Part shown: piece by piece, positions 49,301 to 64,000 of the stretch
Layout of the letters: the number at the start of each line of letters is the position of its first letter
Numbering within the stretch: the stretch's first letter is position 1
Source of the DNA: Eledone cirrhosa
Lineage: Eukaryota
Length of the DNA stretch: 64,000 bases
NCBI GenBank assembly: GCA_964016885.1
Contig: OZ024741.1
Coordinates: forward strand, 411,308,001-411,372,000
Reading direction: 5' to 3'
The notes under the pieces: model-generated
Database searches by the model: none
The model's input: the letters and a program-made list of their open reading frames with translations, nothing else
What the model was told of the DNA's origin: nothing
Position numbers and translations under genes: made by a program

Positions 49301-52300
49301 TCCTTCACTACTACTATTGCCACCACTGCCACCAACACCTTACACCAGTTCCTTCACTACAAGTATTGCCACCACTGCCACCAACACCTTACACCAGTTC
49401 CTTCACTACAACTATTGCCACCACTGCCACCAACACCTTACACCAGTTCCTTCACTACAACTATTGCCACCACTGCCACCAACACCTTACACCAGTTCCT
49501 TCACTACAACTATTGCCACCACTGCCACCAACACCTTACACCAGTTCCTTCACTACTACTATTGCCACCACTGCCACCAACACCTTACACCAGTTCCTTC
49601 ACTACTACTATTGCCACCACTGCCACCAACACCTTACACCAGCTCCTTCACTACTACTATTGCCACCAACACCTTACACCAGTTCCTTCACTACTACTAT
49701 TGCCACCACTGCCACCAACACCTTACACCAGATCCTTCACTACTACTATTGCCACCAACACCTTACACCAGTTCCTTCACTACTACTATTGCCACCACTG
49801 CCACCAACACCTTACACTAGTTCCTTCACTACAACTATTGCCACCAACACCTTACACCAGTTCCTTCACTACTACTATTGCCACCACTGCCACCAACACC
49901 TTACACCAGTTCCTTCACTACAACTATTGCCACCACTGCCACCAACACCTTACACTAGTTCCTTCACTACAACTATTGCCACCACTGCCACCAACACCTT
50001 ACACCAGTTCCTTCACTACAACTATTGCCACCACTGCCACCAACACCTTACACTAGTTCCTTCACTACTACTATTGCCACCACTGCCACCAACACCTTAC
50101 ACCAGTTCCTTCACTACTACTATTGCCACCACTGCCACCAACACCTTACACCAGTTCCTTCACTACTACTATTGCCACCACTGCCACCAACACCTTACAC
50201 CAGTTCCTTCACTACAAGTATTGCCACCACTGCCACCAACACCTTACACCAGTTCCTTCACTACAACTATTGCCACCACTGCCACCAACACCTTACACCA
50301 GTTCCTTCACTACAACTATTGCCACCACTGCCACCAACACCTTACACCAGTTCCTTCACTACAACTATTGCCACCACTGCCACCAACACCTTACACCAGT
50401 TCCTTCACTACTACTATTGCCACCACTGCCACCAACACCTTACACCAGTTCCTTCACTACTACTATTGCCACCACTGCCACCAACACCTTACACCAGTTC
50501 CTTCACTACAAGTATTGCCACCACTGCCACCAACACCTTACACCAGTTCCTTCACTACAACTATTGCCACCACTGCCACCAACACCTTACACCAGTTCCT
50601 TCACTACAACTATTGCCACCACTGCCACCAACACCTTACACCAGTTCCTTCACTACAACTATTGCCACCACTGCCACCAACACCTTACACCAGTTCCTTC
50701 ACTACTACTATTGCCACCACTGCCACCAACACCTTACACCAGTTCCTTCACTACTACTATTGCCACCACTGCCACCAACACCTTACACCAGCTCCTTCAC
50801 TACTACTATTGCCACCAACACCTTACACCAGTTCCTTCACTACTACTATTGCCACCACTGCCACCAACACCTTACACCAGATCCTTCACTACTACTATTG
50901 CCACCAACACCTTACACCAGTTCCTTCACTACTACTATTGCCACCACTGCCACCAACACCTTACACTAGTTCCTTCACTACAACTATTGCCACCAACACC
51001 TTACACCAGTTCCTTCACTACTACTATTGCCACCACTGCCACCAACACCTTACACCAGTTCCTTCACTACTACTATTGCCACCACTGCCACCAACACCTT
51101 ACACTAGTTCCTTCACTACAACTATGGCCACCACTGCCACCAACACCTTACACCAGTTCCTTCACTACTACTATTGCCACCACTGCCACCAACACCTTAC
51201 ACCAGCTCCTTCACTACTACTATTGCCACCAACACCTTACACCAGTTCCTTCACTACTACTATTGCCACCACTGCCACCAACACCTTACACCAGATCCTT
51301 CACTACTACTATTGCCACCAACACCTTACACCAGTTCCTTCACTACTAGTATTGCCACCACTGCCACCAACACCTTACACTAGTTCCTTCACTACAACTA
51401 TGGCCACCACTGCCACCAACACCTTACACCAGTTCCTTCACTACTACTATTGCCACCACTGCCACCAACACCTTACACCAGTTCCTTCACTACTACTATT
51501 GCCACCACTGCCACCAACACCTTACACTAGTTCCTTCACTACAACTATGGCCACCACTGCCACCAACACCTTACACCAGTTCCTTCACTACTACTATTGC
51601 CACCACTGCCACCAACACCTTACACTAGTTCCTTCACTACTACTATTGCCACCACTGCCACCAACACCTTACACCAGTTTCTTCACTACAACTATTGCCA
51701 CCAACACCTTACGCCAGTTCCTTCACTACAACTATTGCCACCACTGCCACCAACACCTTACACCAGTTCCTTCACTACAACTATTGCCACCACTGCCACC
51801 AACACCTTACACTAGTTCCTTCACTACAACTATTGCCACCACTGCCACCAACACCTTACACCAGTTCCTTCACTACAACTATTGCCACCACTGCCACCAA
51901 CACCTTACACCAGTTCCTTCACTACAAGTATTGCCACCACTGCCACCAACACCTTACACCAGTTCCTTCACTACAACTATTGCCACCACTGCCACCAACA
52001 CCTTACACCAGTTCCTTCACTACAACTATTGCCACCACTGCCACCAACACCTTAGACCAGTTCCTTCACTACTACTATTGCCACCACTGCCACCAACACC
52101 TTACACCAGTTCCTTCACTACTACTATTGCCACCACTGCCACCAACATCTTACACCAGTTCCTTCACTACAACTATTGCCACCACTGCCACCAACACCTT
52201 ACACTAGTTCCTTCACTACAACTATTGCCACCACTGCCACCAACACCTTACACCAGTTCCTTCACTACAACTATTGCCACCACTGCCACCAACACCTTAC

Positions 52301-55300
52301 ACTAGTTCCTTCACTACAACTATTGCCACCACTGCCACCAACACCTTACACCAGTTCCTTCACTACAACTATTGCCACCACTGCCACCAACACCTTACAC
52401 CAGTTCCTTCACTACAACTATTGCCACCACTGCCACCAACACCTTACACTAGTTCCTTCACTACTACTATTGCCACCACTGCCACCAACACCTTACACTA
52501 GTTCCTTCACTACAACTATTGCCACCACTGCCACCAACACCTTACACTAGTTCCTTCACTACTACTATTGCAACCACTGCCACCAACACCTTACACTAGT
52601 TCCTTCACTACTACTATTGCCACCACTGCCACCAACACCTTACACCAGTTCCTTCACTACAACTGTTGCCACCACTGCCACCAACACCTTACACTAGTTC
52701 CTTCACTACTACTATTGCCACCACTGCCACCAACACCTTACACTTGTTCCTTCACTACAACTATTGCCACCACTGCCACCAACACCTTACAATAGTTCCT
52801 TCACTACAACTATTGCCACCACTGCCACCAACACCTTACACTAGTTCCTTCACTACAACTATTGCCACCACTGCCACCAACACCTTACACCAGTTCCTTC
52901 ACTACAACTATTGCCACCACTGCCACCAACACCTTACACCAGTTCCTTCACTACAACTATTGCCACCACTGCCACCAACACCTTACACCAGTTCCTTCAC
53001 TACAACTATTGCCACCACTGCCACCAACACCTTACACCAGTTCCTTCACTACAACTATTGCCACCACTGCCACCAACACCTTACACCAGTTCCTTCACTA
53101 CTACTATTGCCACCACTGCCACCAACACCTTACACTAGTTCCTTCACTACAACTATTGCCACCACTGCCACCAACACCTTACACTAGTTCCTTCACTACA
53201 ACTATTGCCACCACTGCCACCAACACCTTACAATAGTTCCTTCACTACAACTATTGCCACTACTGCCACCAACACCTTACACTAGTTCCTTCACTACAAC
53301 TATTGCCACCACTGCCACCAACACCTTACACCAGTTCCTTCACTACAACTATTGCCACCACTGCCACCAACACCTTACACTAGTTCCTTCACTACAACTA
53401 TTGCCACCACTGCCACCAACACCTTACACTAGTTCCTTAACTACAACTATTGCCACCACTGCCACCAACACCTTACACCAGTTCCTTCACTACTACTATT
53501 GCCACCACTGCCACCAACACCTTACACTAGTCCCTTCACTACTACTATTGCCACCACTGCCACCAACACCTTACACCAGTTCCTTCACTACTACTATTGC
53601 CACCACTGCCACCAACACCTTACACTAGTCCCTTCACTACTACTATTGCCACCACTGCCACCAACACCTTACACTAGTCCCTTCACTACTACTATTGCCA
53701 CCACTGCCACCAACACCTTACACCAGTTCCTTCACTACTACTATTGCCACCACTGCCACCAACACCTTACACTAGTCCCTTCACTACTACTATTGCCACC
53801 ACTGCCACCAACACCTTACACCAGTTCCTTAACTACAACTATTGCCACCACTGCCACCAACACCTTACAATAGTTCCTTCACTACAACTATTGCCACCAC
53901 TGCCACCAACACCTTACACTAGTTCCTTCACTACAACTATTGCCACCACTGCCACCAACACCTTACACTAGTTCCTTCACTACAACTATTGCCACCACTG
54001 CCACCAACACCTTACACTAGTCCCTTCACTACTACTATTGCCACCACTGCCACCAACACCTTACACTAGTTCCTTAACTACAACTATTGCCACCACTGCC
54101 ACCAACACCTTACAATAGTTCCTTCACTACAACTATTGCCACCACTGCCACCAACACCTTACACTAGTTCCTTAACTACAACTATTGCCACCACTGCCAC
54201 CAACACCTTACAATAGTTCCTTCACTACAACTATTGCCACCACTGCCACCAACACCTTACACTAGTTCCTTCACTACAACTATTGCCACCACTGCCACCA
54301 ACACCTTACACCAGTTCCTTCACTACTACTATTGCCACCACTGCCACCAACACCTTACACTAGTCCCTTCACTACTACTATTGCCACCACTGCCACCAAC
54401 ACCTTACACTAGTTCCTTAACTACAACTATTGCCACCACTGCCACCAACACCTTACACCAGTTCCTTCACTACAACTATTGCCACCAACACCTTACACTA
54501 GTTCCTTAACTACAACTATTGCCACCACTGCCACCAACACCTTACACTAGTTCCTTCACTACAACTATTGCCACCACTGCCACCAACACCTTACACTAGT
54601 TCCTTAACTACAACTATTGCCACCACTGCCACCAACACCTTACACTAGTTCCTTCACTACAACTATTGCCACCACTGCCACCAACACCTTACACTAGTCC
54701 CTTCACTACAACTATTGCCACCACTGCCACCAACACCTTACACTAGTTCCTTAACTACAACTATTGCCACCACTGCCACCAACACCTTACACTAGTCCCT
54801 TCACTACTACTATTGCCACCACTGCCACCAACACCTTACACTAGTCCCTTCACTACAACTATTGCCACCACTGCCACCAACACCTTACACTAGTTCCTTA
54901 ACTACAACTATTGCCACCACTGCCACCAACACCTTACACTAGTTCCTTCACTACAACTATTGCCACCACTGCCACCAACACCTTACACTAGTCCCTTCAC
55001 TACAACTATTGCCACCACTGCCACCAACACCTTACACTAGTTCCTTAACTACAACTATTGCCACCACTGCCACCAACACCTTACACTAGTCCCTTCACTA
55101 CTACTATTGCCACCACTGCCACCAACACCTTACACTAGTCCCTTCACTACTACTATTGCCACCACTGCCACCAACACCTTACACTAGTCCCTTCACTACA
55201 ACTATTGCCACCACTGCCACCAACACCTTACACTAGTTCCTTAACTACAACTATTGCCACCACTGCCACCAACACCTTACACCAGTTCCTTCACTACAAC

Positions 55301-58300
55301 TATTGCCACCAACACCTTACACTAGTTCCTTCACTACAACTATTGCCACCACTGCCACCAACACCTTACACCAGTTCCTTCACTACAACTATTGCCACCA
55401 CTGCCACCAACACCTTACACTAGTCCCTTCACTACTACTATTGCCACCACTGCCACCAACACCTTACACTAGTCCCTTCACTACAACTATTGCCACCACT
55501 GCCACCAACACCTTACACTAGTTCCTTAACTACAACTATTGCCACCACTGCCACCAACACCTTACACTAGTTCCTTCACTACAACTATTGCCACCACTGC
55601 CACCAACACCTTACACTAGTCCCTTCACTACAACTATTGCCACCACTGCCACCAACACCTTACACTAGTTCCTTAACTACAACTATTGCCACCACTGCCA
55701 CCAACACCTTACACTAGTCCCTTCACTACTACTATTGCCACCACTGCCACCAACACCTTACACTAGTCCCTTCACTACAACTATTGCCACCACTGCCACC
55801 AACACCTTACACTAGTTCCTTAACTACAACTATTGCCACCACTGCCACCAACACCTTACACTAGTTCCTTAACTACAACTATTGCCACCACTGCCACCAA
55901 CACCTTACACCAGTTCCTTCACTACAACTATTGCCACCACTGCCACCAACACCTTACACTAGTCCCTTCACTACAACTATTGCCACCACTGCCACCAACA
56001 CCTTACACTAGTTCCTTAACTACAACTATTGCCACCACTGCCACCAACACCTTACACTAGTTCCTTAACTACAACTATTGCCACCACTGCCACCAACACC
56101 TTACACCAGTTCCTTCACTACAACTATTGCCACCACTGCCACCAACACCTTACACTAGTCCCTTCACTACTACTATTGCCACCACTGCCACCAACACCTT
56201 ACACTAGTTCCTTCACTACAACTATTGCCACCACTGCCACCAACACCTTACACTAGTTCCTTCACTACAACTATTGCCACCACTGCCACCAACACCTTAC
56301 ACTAGTCCCTTCACTACAACTATTGCCACCACTGCCACCAACACCTTACACTAGTTCCTTCACTACAACTATTGTCACCACTGCCACCAACACCTTACAC
56401 TAGTTCCTTCACTACAACTATTGTCACCACTGCCACCAACACCTTACACTAGTTCCTTCACTACAACTATTGCCACCACTGCCACCAACACCTTACACTA
56501 GTTCCTTCACTACAACTATTGCCACCACTGCCACCAACACCTTACACTAGTTCCTTAACTACAACTATTGCCACCACTGCCACCAACACCTTACACTAGT
56601 CCCTTCACTACTACTATTGCCACCACTGCCACCAACACCTTACACTAGTCCCTTCACTACAACTATTGCCACCACTGCCACCAACACCTTACACTAGTCC
56701 CTTCACTACAACTATTGCCACCACTGCCACCAACACCTTACACTAGTTCCTTCACTACAACTATTGCCACCACTGCCACCAACACCTTACACTAGTCCCT
56801 TCACTACAACTATTGCCACCACTGCCACCAACACCTTACACTAGTTCCTTCACTACAACTATTGTCACCACTGCCACCAACACCTTACACTAGTTCCTTC
56901 ACTACAACTATTGTCACCACTGCCACCAACACCTTACACTAGTTCCTTCACTACAACTATTGCCACCACTGCCACCAACACCTTACACTAGTTCCTTCAC
57001 TACAACTATTGCCACCACTGCCACCAACACCTTACACTAGTTCCTTAACTACAACTATTGCCACCACTGCCACCAACACCTTACACTAGTCCCTTCACTA
57101 CTACTATTGCCACCACTGCCACCAACACCTTACACTAGTCCCTTCACTACAACTATTGCCACCACTGCCACCAACACCTTACACTAGTTCCTTAACTACA
57201 ACTATTGCCACCACTGCCACCAACACCTTACACTAGTTCCTTAACTACAACTATTGCCACCACTGCCACCAACACCTTACACCAGTTCCTTCACTACAAC
57301 TATTGCCACCACTGCCACCAACACCTTACACTAGTCCCTTCACTACAACTATTGCCACCACTGCCACCAACACCTTACACTAGTTCCTTAACTACAACTA
57401 TTGCCACCACTGCCACCAACACCTTACACTAGTTCCTTAACTACAACTATTGCCACCACTGCCACCAACACCTTACACCAGTTCCTTCACTACAACTATT
57501 GCCACCACTGCCACCAACACCTTACACTAGTCCCTTCACTACTACTATTGCCACCACTGCCACCAACACCTTACACTAGTTCCTTCACTACAACTATTGC
57601 CACCACTGCCACCAACACCTTACACTAGTTCCTTCACTACAACTATTGCCACCACTGCCACCAACACCTTACACTAGTCCCTTCACTACAACTATTGCCA
57701 CCACTGCCACCAACACCTTACACTAGTTCCTTCACTACAACTATTGTCACCACTGCCACCAACACCTTACACTAGTTCCTTCACTACAACTATTGTCACC
57801 ACTGCCACCAACACCTTACACTAGTTCCTTCACTACAACTATTGCCACCACTGCCACCAACACCTTACACTAGTTCCTTCACTACAACTATTGCCACCAC
57901 TGCCACCAACACCTTACACTAGTTCCTTCACTACAACTATTGCCACCACTGCCACCAACACCTTACACTAGTTCCTTCACTACAACTATTGTCACCACTG
58001 CCACCAACACCTTACACTAGTTCCTTCACTACAACTATTGTCACCACTGCCACCAACACCTTACACTAGTTCCTTCACTACAACTATTGTCACCACTGCC
58101 ACCAACACCTTACACTAGTTCCTTCACTACAACTATTGCCACCACTGCCACCAACACCTTACACTAGTTCCTTCACTACAACTATTGTCACCACTGCCAC
58201 CAACACCTTACACCAGTTCCTTCACTACAACTATTGCCACCACTGCCACCAACACCTTACACCAGTTCCTTCACTACAACTATTGCCACCACTGCCACCA

Positions 58301-61300
58301 ACACCTTACACTAGTCCCTTCACTACTACTATTGCCACCACTGCCACCAACACCTTACACTAGTCCCTTCACTACAACTATTGCCACCACTGCCACCAAC
58401 ACCTTACACTAGTTCCTTAACTACAACTATTGCCACCACTGCCACCAACACCTTACACTAGTTCCTTCACTACAACTATTGCCACCACTGCCACCAACAC
58501 CTTACACCAGTTCCTTCACTACAACTATTGCCACCACTGCCACCAATACCTTACACCAGTTCCTTCACTACAACTATTGCCACCACTGCCACCAATACCT
58601 TACACCAGTTCCTTCACTACAACTATTGCCACCACTGCCACCAATACCTTACACTAGTTCCTTCACTACTACTATTGCCACCACTGCCACCAACACCCTA
58701 CACTAGTTCCTTCACTACAACTATTGCCACCACTGCCACCAACACCTTACACCAGTTCCTTCACTACAACTATTGCCACCACTGCCACCAACACCTTACA
58801 CCAGTTCCTTCACTACAACTATTGCCACCACTGCCACCAACACCTTACACCAGTTCCTTCACTACAACTATTGCCACCACTGCCACCAACACCCTACACT
58901 AGTTCCTTCACTACAACTATTGCCACCACTGCCACCAACACCTTACACCAGTTCCTTCACTACAACTATTGCCACCACTGCCACCAACACCCTACACTAG
59001 TTCCTTCACTACAACTATTGCCACCACTGCCACCAACACCCTACACTAGTTCCTTCACTACAACTATTGCCACCACTGCCACCAACACCTTACACCAGTT
59101 CCTTCACTACAACTATTGCCACCACTGCCACCAACACCTTACACCAGTTCCTTCACTACAACTATTGCCACCACTGCCACCAATACCTTACACCAGTTCC
59201 TTCACTACAACTATTGCCACCACTGCCACCAACACCTTACACTAGTTCCTTCACTACTACTATTGCCACAACTGCCACCAACACCTTACACCAGTTCCTT
59301 CACTACTACTATTGCCACCACTGCCACCAACACCTTACACTAGTTCCTTCACTACTACTATTGCCACCACTGCCACCAACACCTTACACTAGTTCCTTCA
59401 CTACAACTATTGCCACCACTGCCACCAACACCTTACACCAGTTCCTTCACTACAACTATTGCCACCACTGCCACCAACACCTTACACCAGTTCCTTCACT
59501 ACTACTATTGCCACCACTGCCACCAACACCTTACACCAGTTCCTTCACTACAACTATTGCAACCACTGCCACCAACACCTTACAATAGTTCCTTCACTAC
59601 AACTATTGCCACCACTGCCACCAACACCTTACACTAGTTCCTTCACTACAACTATTGCCACCACTGCCACCAACACCTTACACCAGTTCCTTCACTACAA
59701 CTATTGCCACCACTGCCACCAACACCTTACACCAGTTCCTTCACTACAACTATTGCCACCACTGCCACCAACACCTTACACCAGTTCCTTCACTACAACT
59801 ATTGCCACCACTGCCACCAACACCTTACACCAGTTCCTTCACTACAACTATTGCCACCACTGCCACCAACACCTTACACCAGTTCCTTCACTACTACTAT
59901 TGCCACCACTGCCACCAACACCTTACACTAGTTCCTTCACTACAACTATTGCCACCACTGCCACCAACACCTTACACCAGTTCCTTCACTACAACTATTG
60001 CCACCACTGCCACCAACACCTTACACTAGTTCCTTCACTACTACTATTGCCACTACTGCCACCAACACCTTACACTAGTTCCTTCACTACTACTATTGCC
60101 ACCACTGCCACCAACACCTTACACTAGTTCCTTCACTACTACTATTGCCACCACTGCCACCAACACCTTACACCAGTTCCTTCACTACAACTATTGCCAC
60201 CACTGCCACCAACACCTTACACTAGTTCCTTCACTACAACTATTGCCACTACTGCCACCAACACCTTACACCAGTTCCTTCACTACAACTATTGCCACCA
60301 CTGCCACCAACACCTTACACTAGTTCCTTCACTACTACTATTGCCACCACTGCCACCAACACCTTACACTAGTTCCTTCACTACTACTATTGCCACCACT
60401 GCCACCAACACCTTACACCAGTTCCTTCACTACAACTATTGCCACCACTGCCACCAACACCTTACACTAGTTCCTTCACTACTACTATTGCCACCACTGC
60501 CACCAACACCTTACACTAGTTCCTTCACTACAACTATTGCCACCACTGCCACCAACACCTTACACTAGTTCCTTCACTACAACTATTGCCACCACTGCCA
60601 CCAACACCTTACACCAGTTCCTTCACTACAACTATTGCCACCACTGCCACCAACACCTTACACCAGTTCCTTCACTACAACTATTGCCACCACTGCCACC
60701 AACACCTTACACCAGTTCCTTCACTACAACTATTGCCACCACTGCCACCAACACCTTACACTAGTTCCTTCACTACTACTATTGCCACCACTGCCACCAA
60801 CACCTTACACCAGTTCCTTCACTACAACTATTGCAACCACTGCCACCAACACCTTACAATAGTTCCTTCACTACAACTATTGCCACCACTGCCACCAACA
60901 CCTTACACTAGTTCCTTCACTACAACTATTGCCACCACTGCCACCAACACCTTACACCAGTTCCTTCACTACAACTATTGCCACCACTGCCACCAACACC
61001 TTACACCAGTTCCTTCACTACAACTATTGCCACCACTGCCACCAACACCTTACACCAGTTCCTTCACTACAACTATTGCCACCACTGCCACCAACACCTT
61101 ACACCAGTTCCTTCACTACAACTATTGCCACCACTGCCACCAACACCTTACACCAGTTCCTTCACTACTACTATTGCCACCACTGCCACCAACACCTTAC
61201 ACTAGTTCCTTCACTACAACTATTGCCACCACTGCCACCAACACCTTACACCAGTTCCTTCACTACAACTATTGCCACCACTGCCACCAACACCTTACAC

Positions 61301-64000
61301 TAGTTCCTTCACTACTACTATTGCCACTACTGCCACCAACACCTTACACTAGTTCCTTCACTACTACTATTGCCACCACTGCCACCAACACCTTACACTA
61401 GTTCCTTCACTACTACTATTGCCACCACTGCCACCAACACCTTACACCAGTTCCTTCACTACAACTATTGCCACCACTGCCACCAACACCTTACACTAGT
61501 TCCTTCACTACAACTATTGCCACTACTGCCACCAACACCTTACACCAGTTCCTTCACTACAACTATTGCCACCACTGCCACCAACACCTTACACTAGTTC
61601 CTTCACTACTACTATTGCCACCACTGCCACCAACACCTTACACTAGTTCCTTCACTACTACTATTGCCACCACTGCCACCAACACCTTACACCAGTTCCT
61701 TCACTACAACTATTGCCACCACTGCCACCAACACCTTACACTAGTTCCTTCACTACTACTATTGCCACCACTGCCACCAACACCTTACACTAGTTCCTTC
61801 ACTACAACTATTGCCACCACTGCCACCAACACCTTACACTAGTTCCTTCACTACAACTATTGCCACCACTGCCACCAACACCTTACACCAGTTCCTTCAC
61901 TACAACTATTGCCACCACTGCCACCAACACCTTACACCAGTTCCTTCACTACAACTATTGCCACCACTGCCACCAACACCTTACACCAGTTCCTTCACTA
62001 CAACTATTGCCACCACTGCCACCAACACCTTACACTAGTTCCTTCACTACTACTATTGCCACCACTGCCACCAACACCTTACACTAGTTCCTTCACTACA
62101 ACTATTGCCACCACTGCCACCAACACCTTACACTAGTTCCTTCACTACAACTATTGCCACCACTGCCACCAACACCTTACACTAGTTCCTTCACTACAAC
62201 TATTGCCACCACTGCCACCAACACCTTACACCAGTTCCTTCACTACAACTATTGCCACCACTGCCACCAACACCTTACACCAGTTCCTTCACTACAACTA
62301 TTGCCACCACTGCCACCAATACCTTACACCAGTTCCTTCACTACAACTATTGCCACCACTGCCACCAACACCTTACACCAGTTCCTTCACTACTACTATT
62401 GCCACCACTGCCACCAACACCTTACACTAGTCCCTTCACTACTACTATTGCCACCACTGCCACCAACACCTTACACTAGTTCCTTAACTACAACTATTGC
62501 CACCACTGCCACCAACACCTTACACTAGTTCCTTCACTACAACTATTGCCACCACTGCCACCAACACCTTACACTAGTTCCTTCACTACAACTATTGCCA
62601 CCACTGCCACCAACACCTTACACTAGTCCCTTCACTACTACTATTGCCACCACTGCCACCAACACCTTACACTAGTTCCTTAACTACAACTATTGCCACC
62701 ACTGCCACCAACACCTTACAATAGTTCCTTCACTACAACTATTGCCACCACTGCCACCAACACCTTACACTAGTTCCTTAACTACAACTATTGCCACCAC
62801 TGCCACCAACACCTTACAATAGTTCCTTCACTACAACTATTGCCACCACTGCCACCAACACCTTACACTAGTTCCTTCACTACAACTATTGCCACCACTG
62901 CCACCAACACCTTACACCAGTTCCTTCACTACTACTATTGCCACCACTGCCACCAACACCTTACACTAGTCCCTTCACTACTACTATTGCCACCACTGCC
63001 ACCAACACCTTACACTAGTTCCTTAACTACAACTATTGCCACCACTGCCACCAACACCTTACACCAGTTCCTTCACTACAACTATTGCCACCAACACCTT
63101 ACACTAGTTCCTTCACTACAACTATTGCCACCACTGCCACCAACACCTTACACCAGTTCCTTCACTACAACTATTGCCACCACTGCCACCAACACCTTAC
63201 ACTAGTCCCTTCACTACTACTATTGCCACCACTGCCACCAACACCTTACACTAGTCCCTTCACTACAACTATTGCCACCACTGCCACCAACACCTTACAC
63301 TAGTTCCTTAACTACAACTATTGCCACCACTGCCACCAACACCTTACACTAGTTCCTTCACTACAACTATTGCCACCACTGCCACCAACACCTTACACCA
63401 GTTCCTTCACTACAACTATTGCCACCACTGCCACCAATACCTTACACCAGTTCCTTCACTACAACTATTGCCACCACTGCCACCAATACCTTACACTAGT
63501 TCCTTCACTACTACTATTGCCACCACTGCCACCAACACCTTACACCAGTTCCTTCACTACAACTATTGCCACCACTGCCACCAATACCTTATACCAGTTC
63601 CTTCACTACAACTATTGCCACCACTGCCACCAACACCTTACACTAGTTCCTTCACTACTACTATTGCCACAACTGCCACCAACACCTTACACCAGTTCCT
63701 TCACTACTACTATTGCCACCACTGCCACCAACACCTTACACTAGTTCCTTCACTACTACTATTGCCACCACTGCCACCAACACCTTACACTAGTTCCTTC
63801 ACTACAACTATTGCCACCACTGCCACCAACACCTTACACCAGTTCCTTCACTACAACTATTGCCACCACTGCCACCAACACCTTACACCAGTTCCTTCAC
63901 TACTACTATTGCCACCACTGCCACCAACACCTTACACCAGTTCCTTCACTACAACTATTGCAACCACTGCCACCAACACCTTACACTAGTTCCTTCACTA
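46312..64000. repeat. 49-bp satellite (CCAACACCTTACACYAGTTCCTTCACTACWACTATTGCCACCACTGCCA)n, about 360 units, with 40-bp deletion variants and higher-order repeats
   Basis: Direct periodicity; all ORFs in this region are translations of the repeat. Confidence 0.99.

Noticed and set aside
47326-52305. 1659-aa ORF and the many neighbouring ORFs
   Set aside because: Translation of the 49-bp satellite, which cycles through all three frames; TTG starts; stops appear wherever the CTAG variant occurs

Overview
Repeat-dominated, AT-rich animal genomic DNA. The repeat families look cephalopod/octopus-like (inference). Most of the window is probably intronic to a + strand gene, of which one 176-bp coding exon is visible (13415-13590). 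Two large satellites flank it: about 11.8 kb of a 22-bp TTAGGG-derived repeat (1-11790) and more than 17.6 kb of a 49-bp repeat with higher-order structure (46312-end). Between them are: (i) a young, 5'-inverted Penelope-like element (GIY-YIG, probably Naiad type) forming a ~4.8-kb fold-back with a hammerhead ribozyme at each end; (ii) several small fold-back pLTR remnants with hammerhead motifs, three of them folded at ribozyme helix II; (iii) three co-oriented Tx1-clade LINEs inserted at GATA/GA microsatellites, with conserved UTR hairpins and a perfect splice donor on the ORF1 stop codon; (iv) a nearly intact RTE LINE with a PHD finger inside its reverse transcriptase, plus many truncated RTE copies; (v) SINEs and a small Helitron. 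The long ORFs in the satellites and microsatellites are artefacts. Coordinates were counted by hand, so repeat boundaries are approximate.
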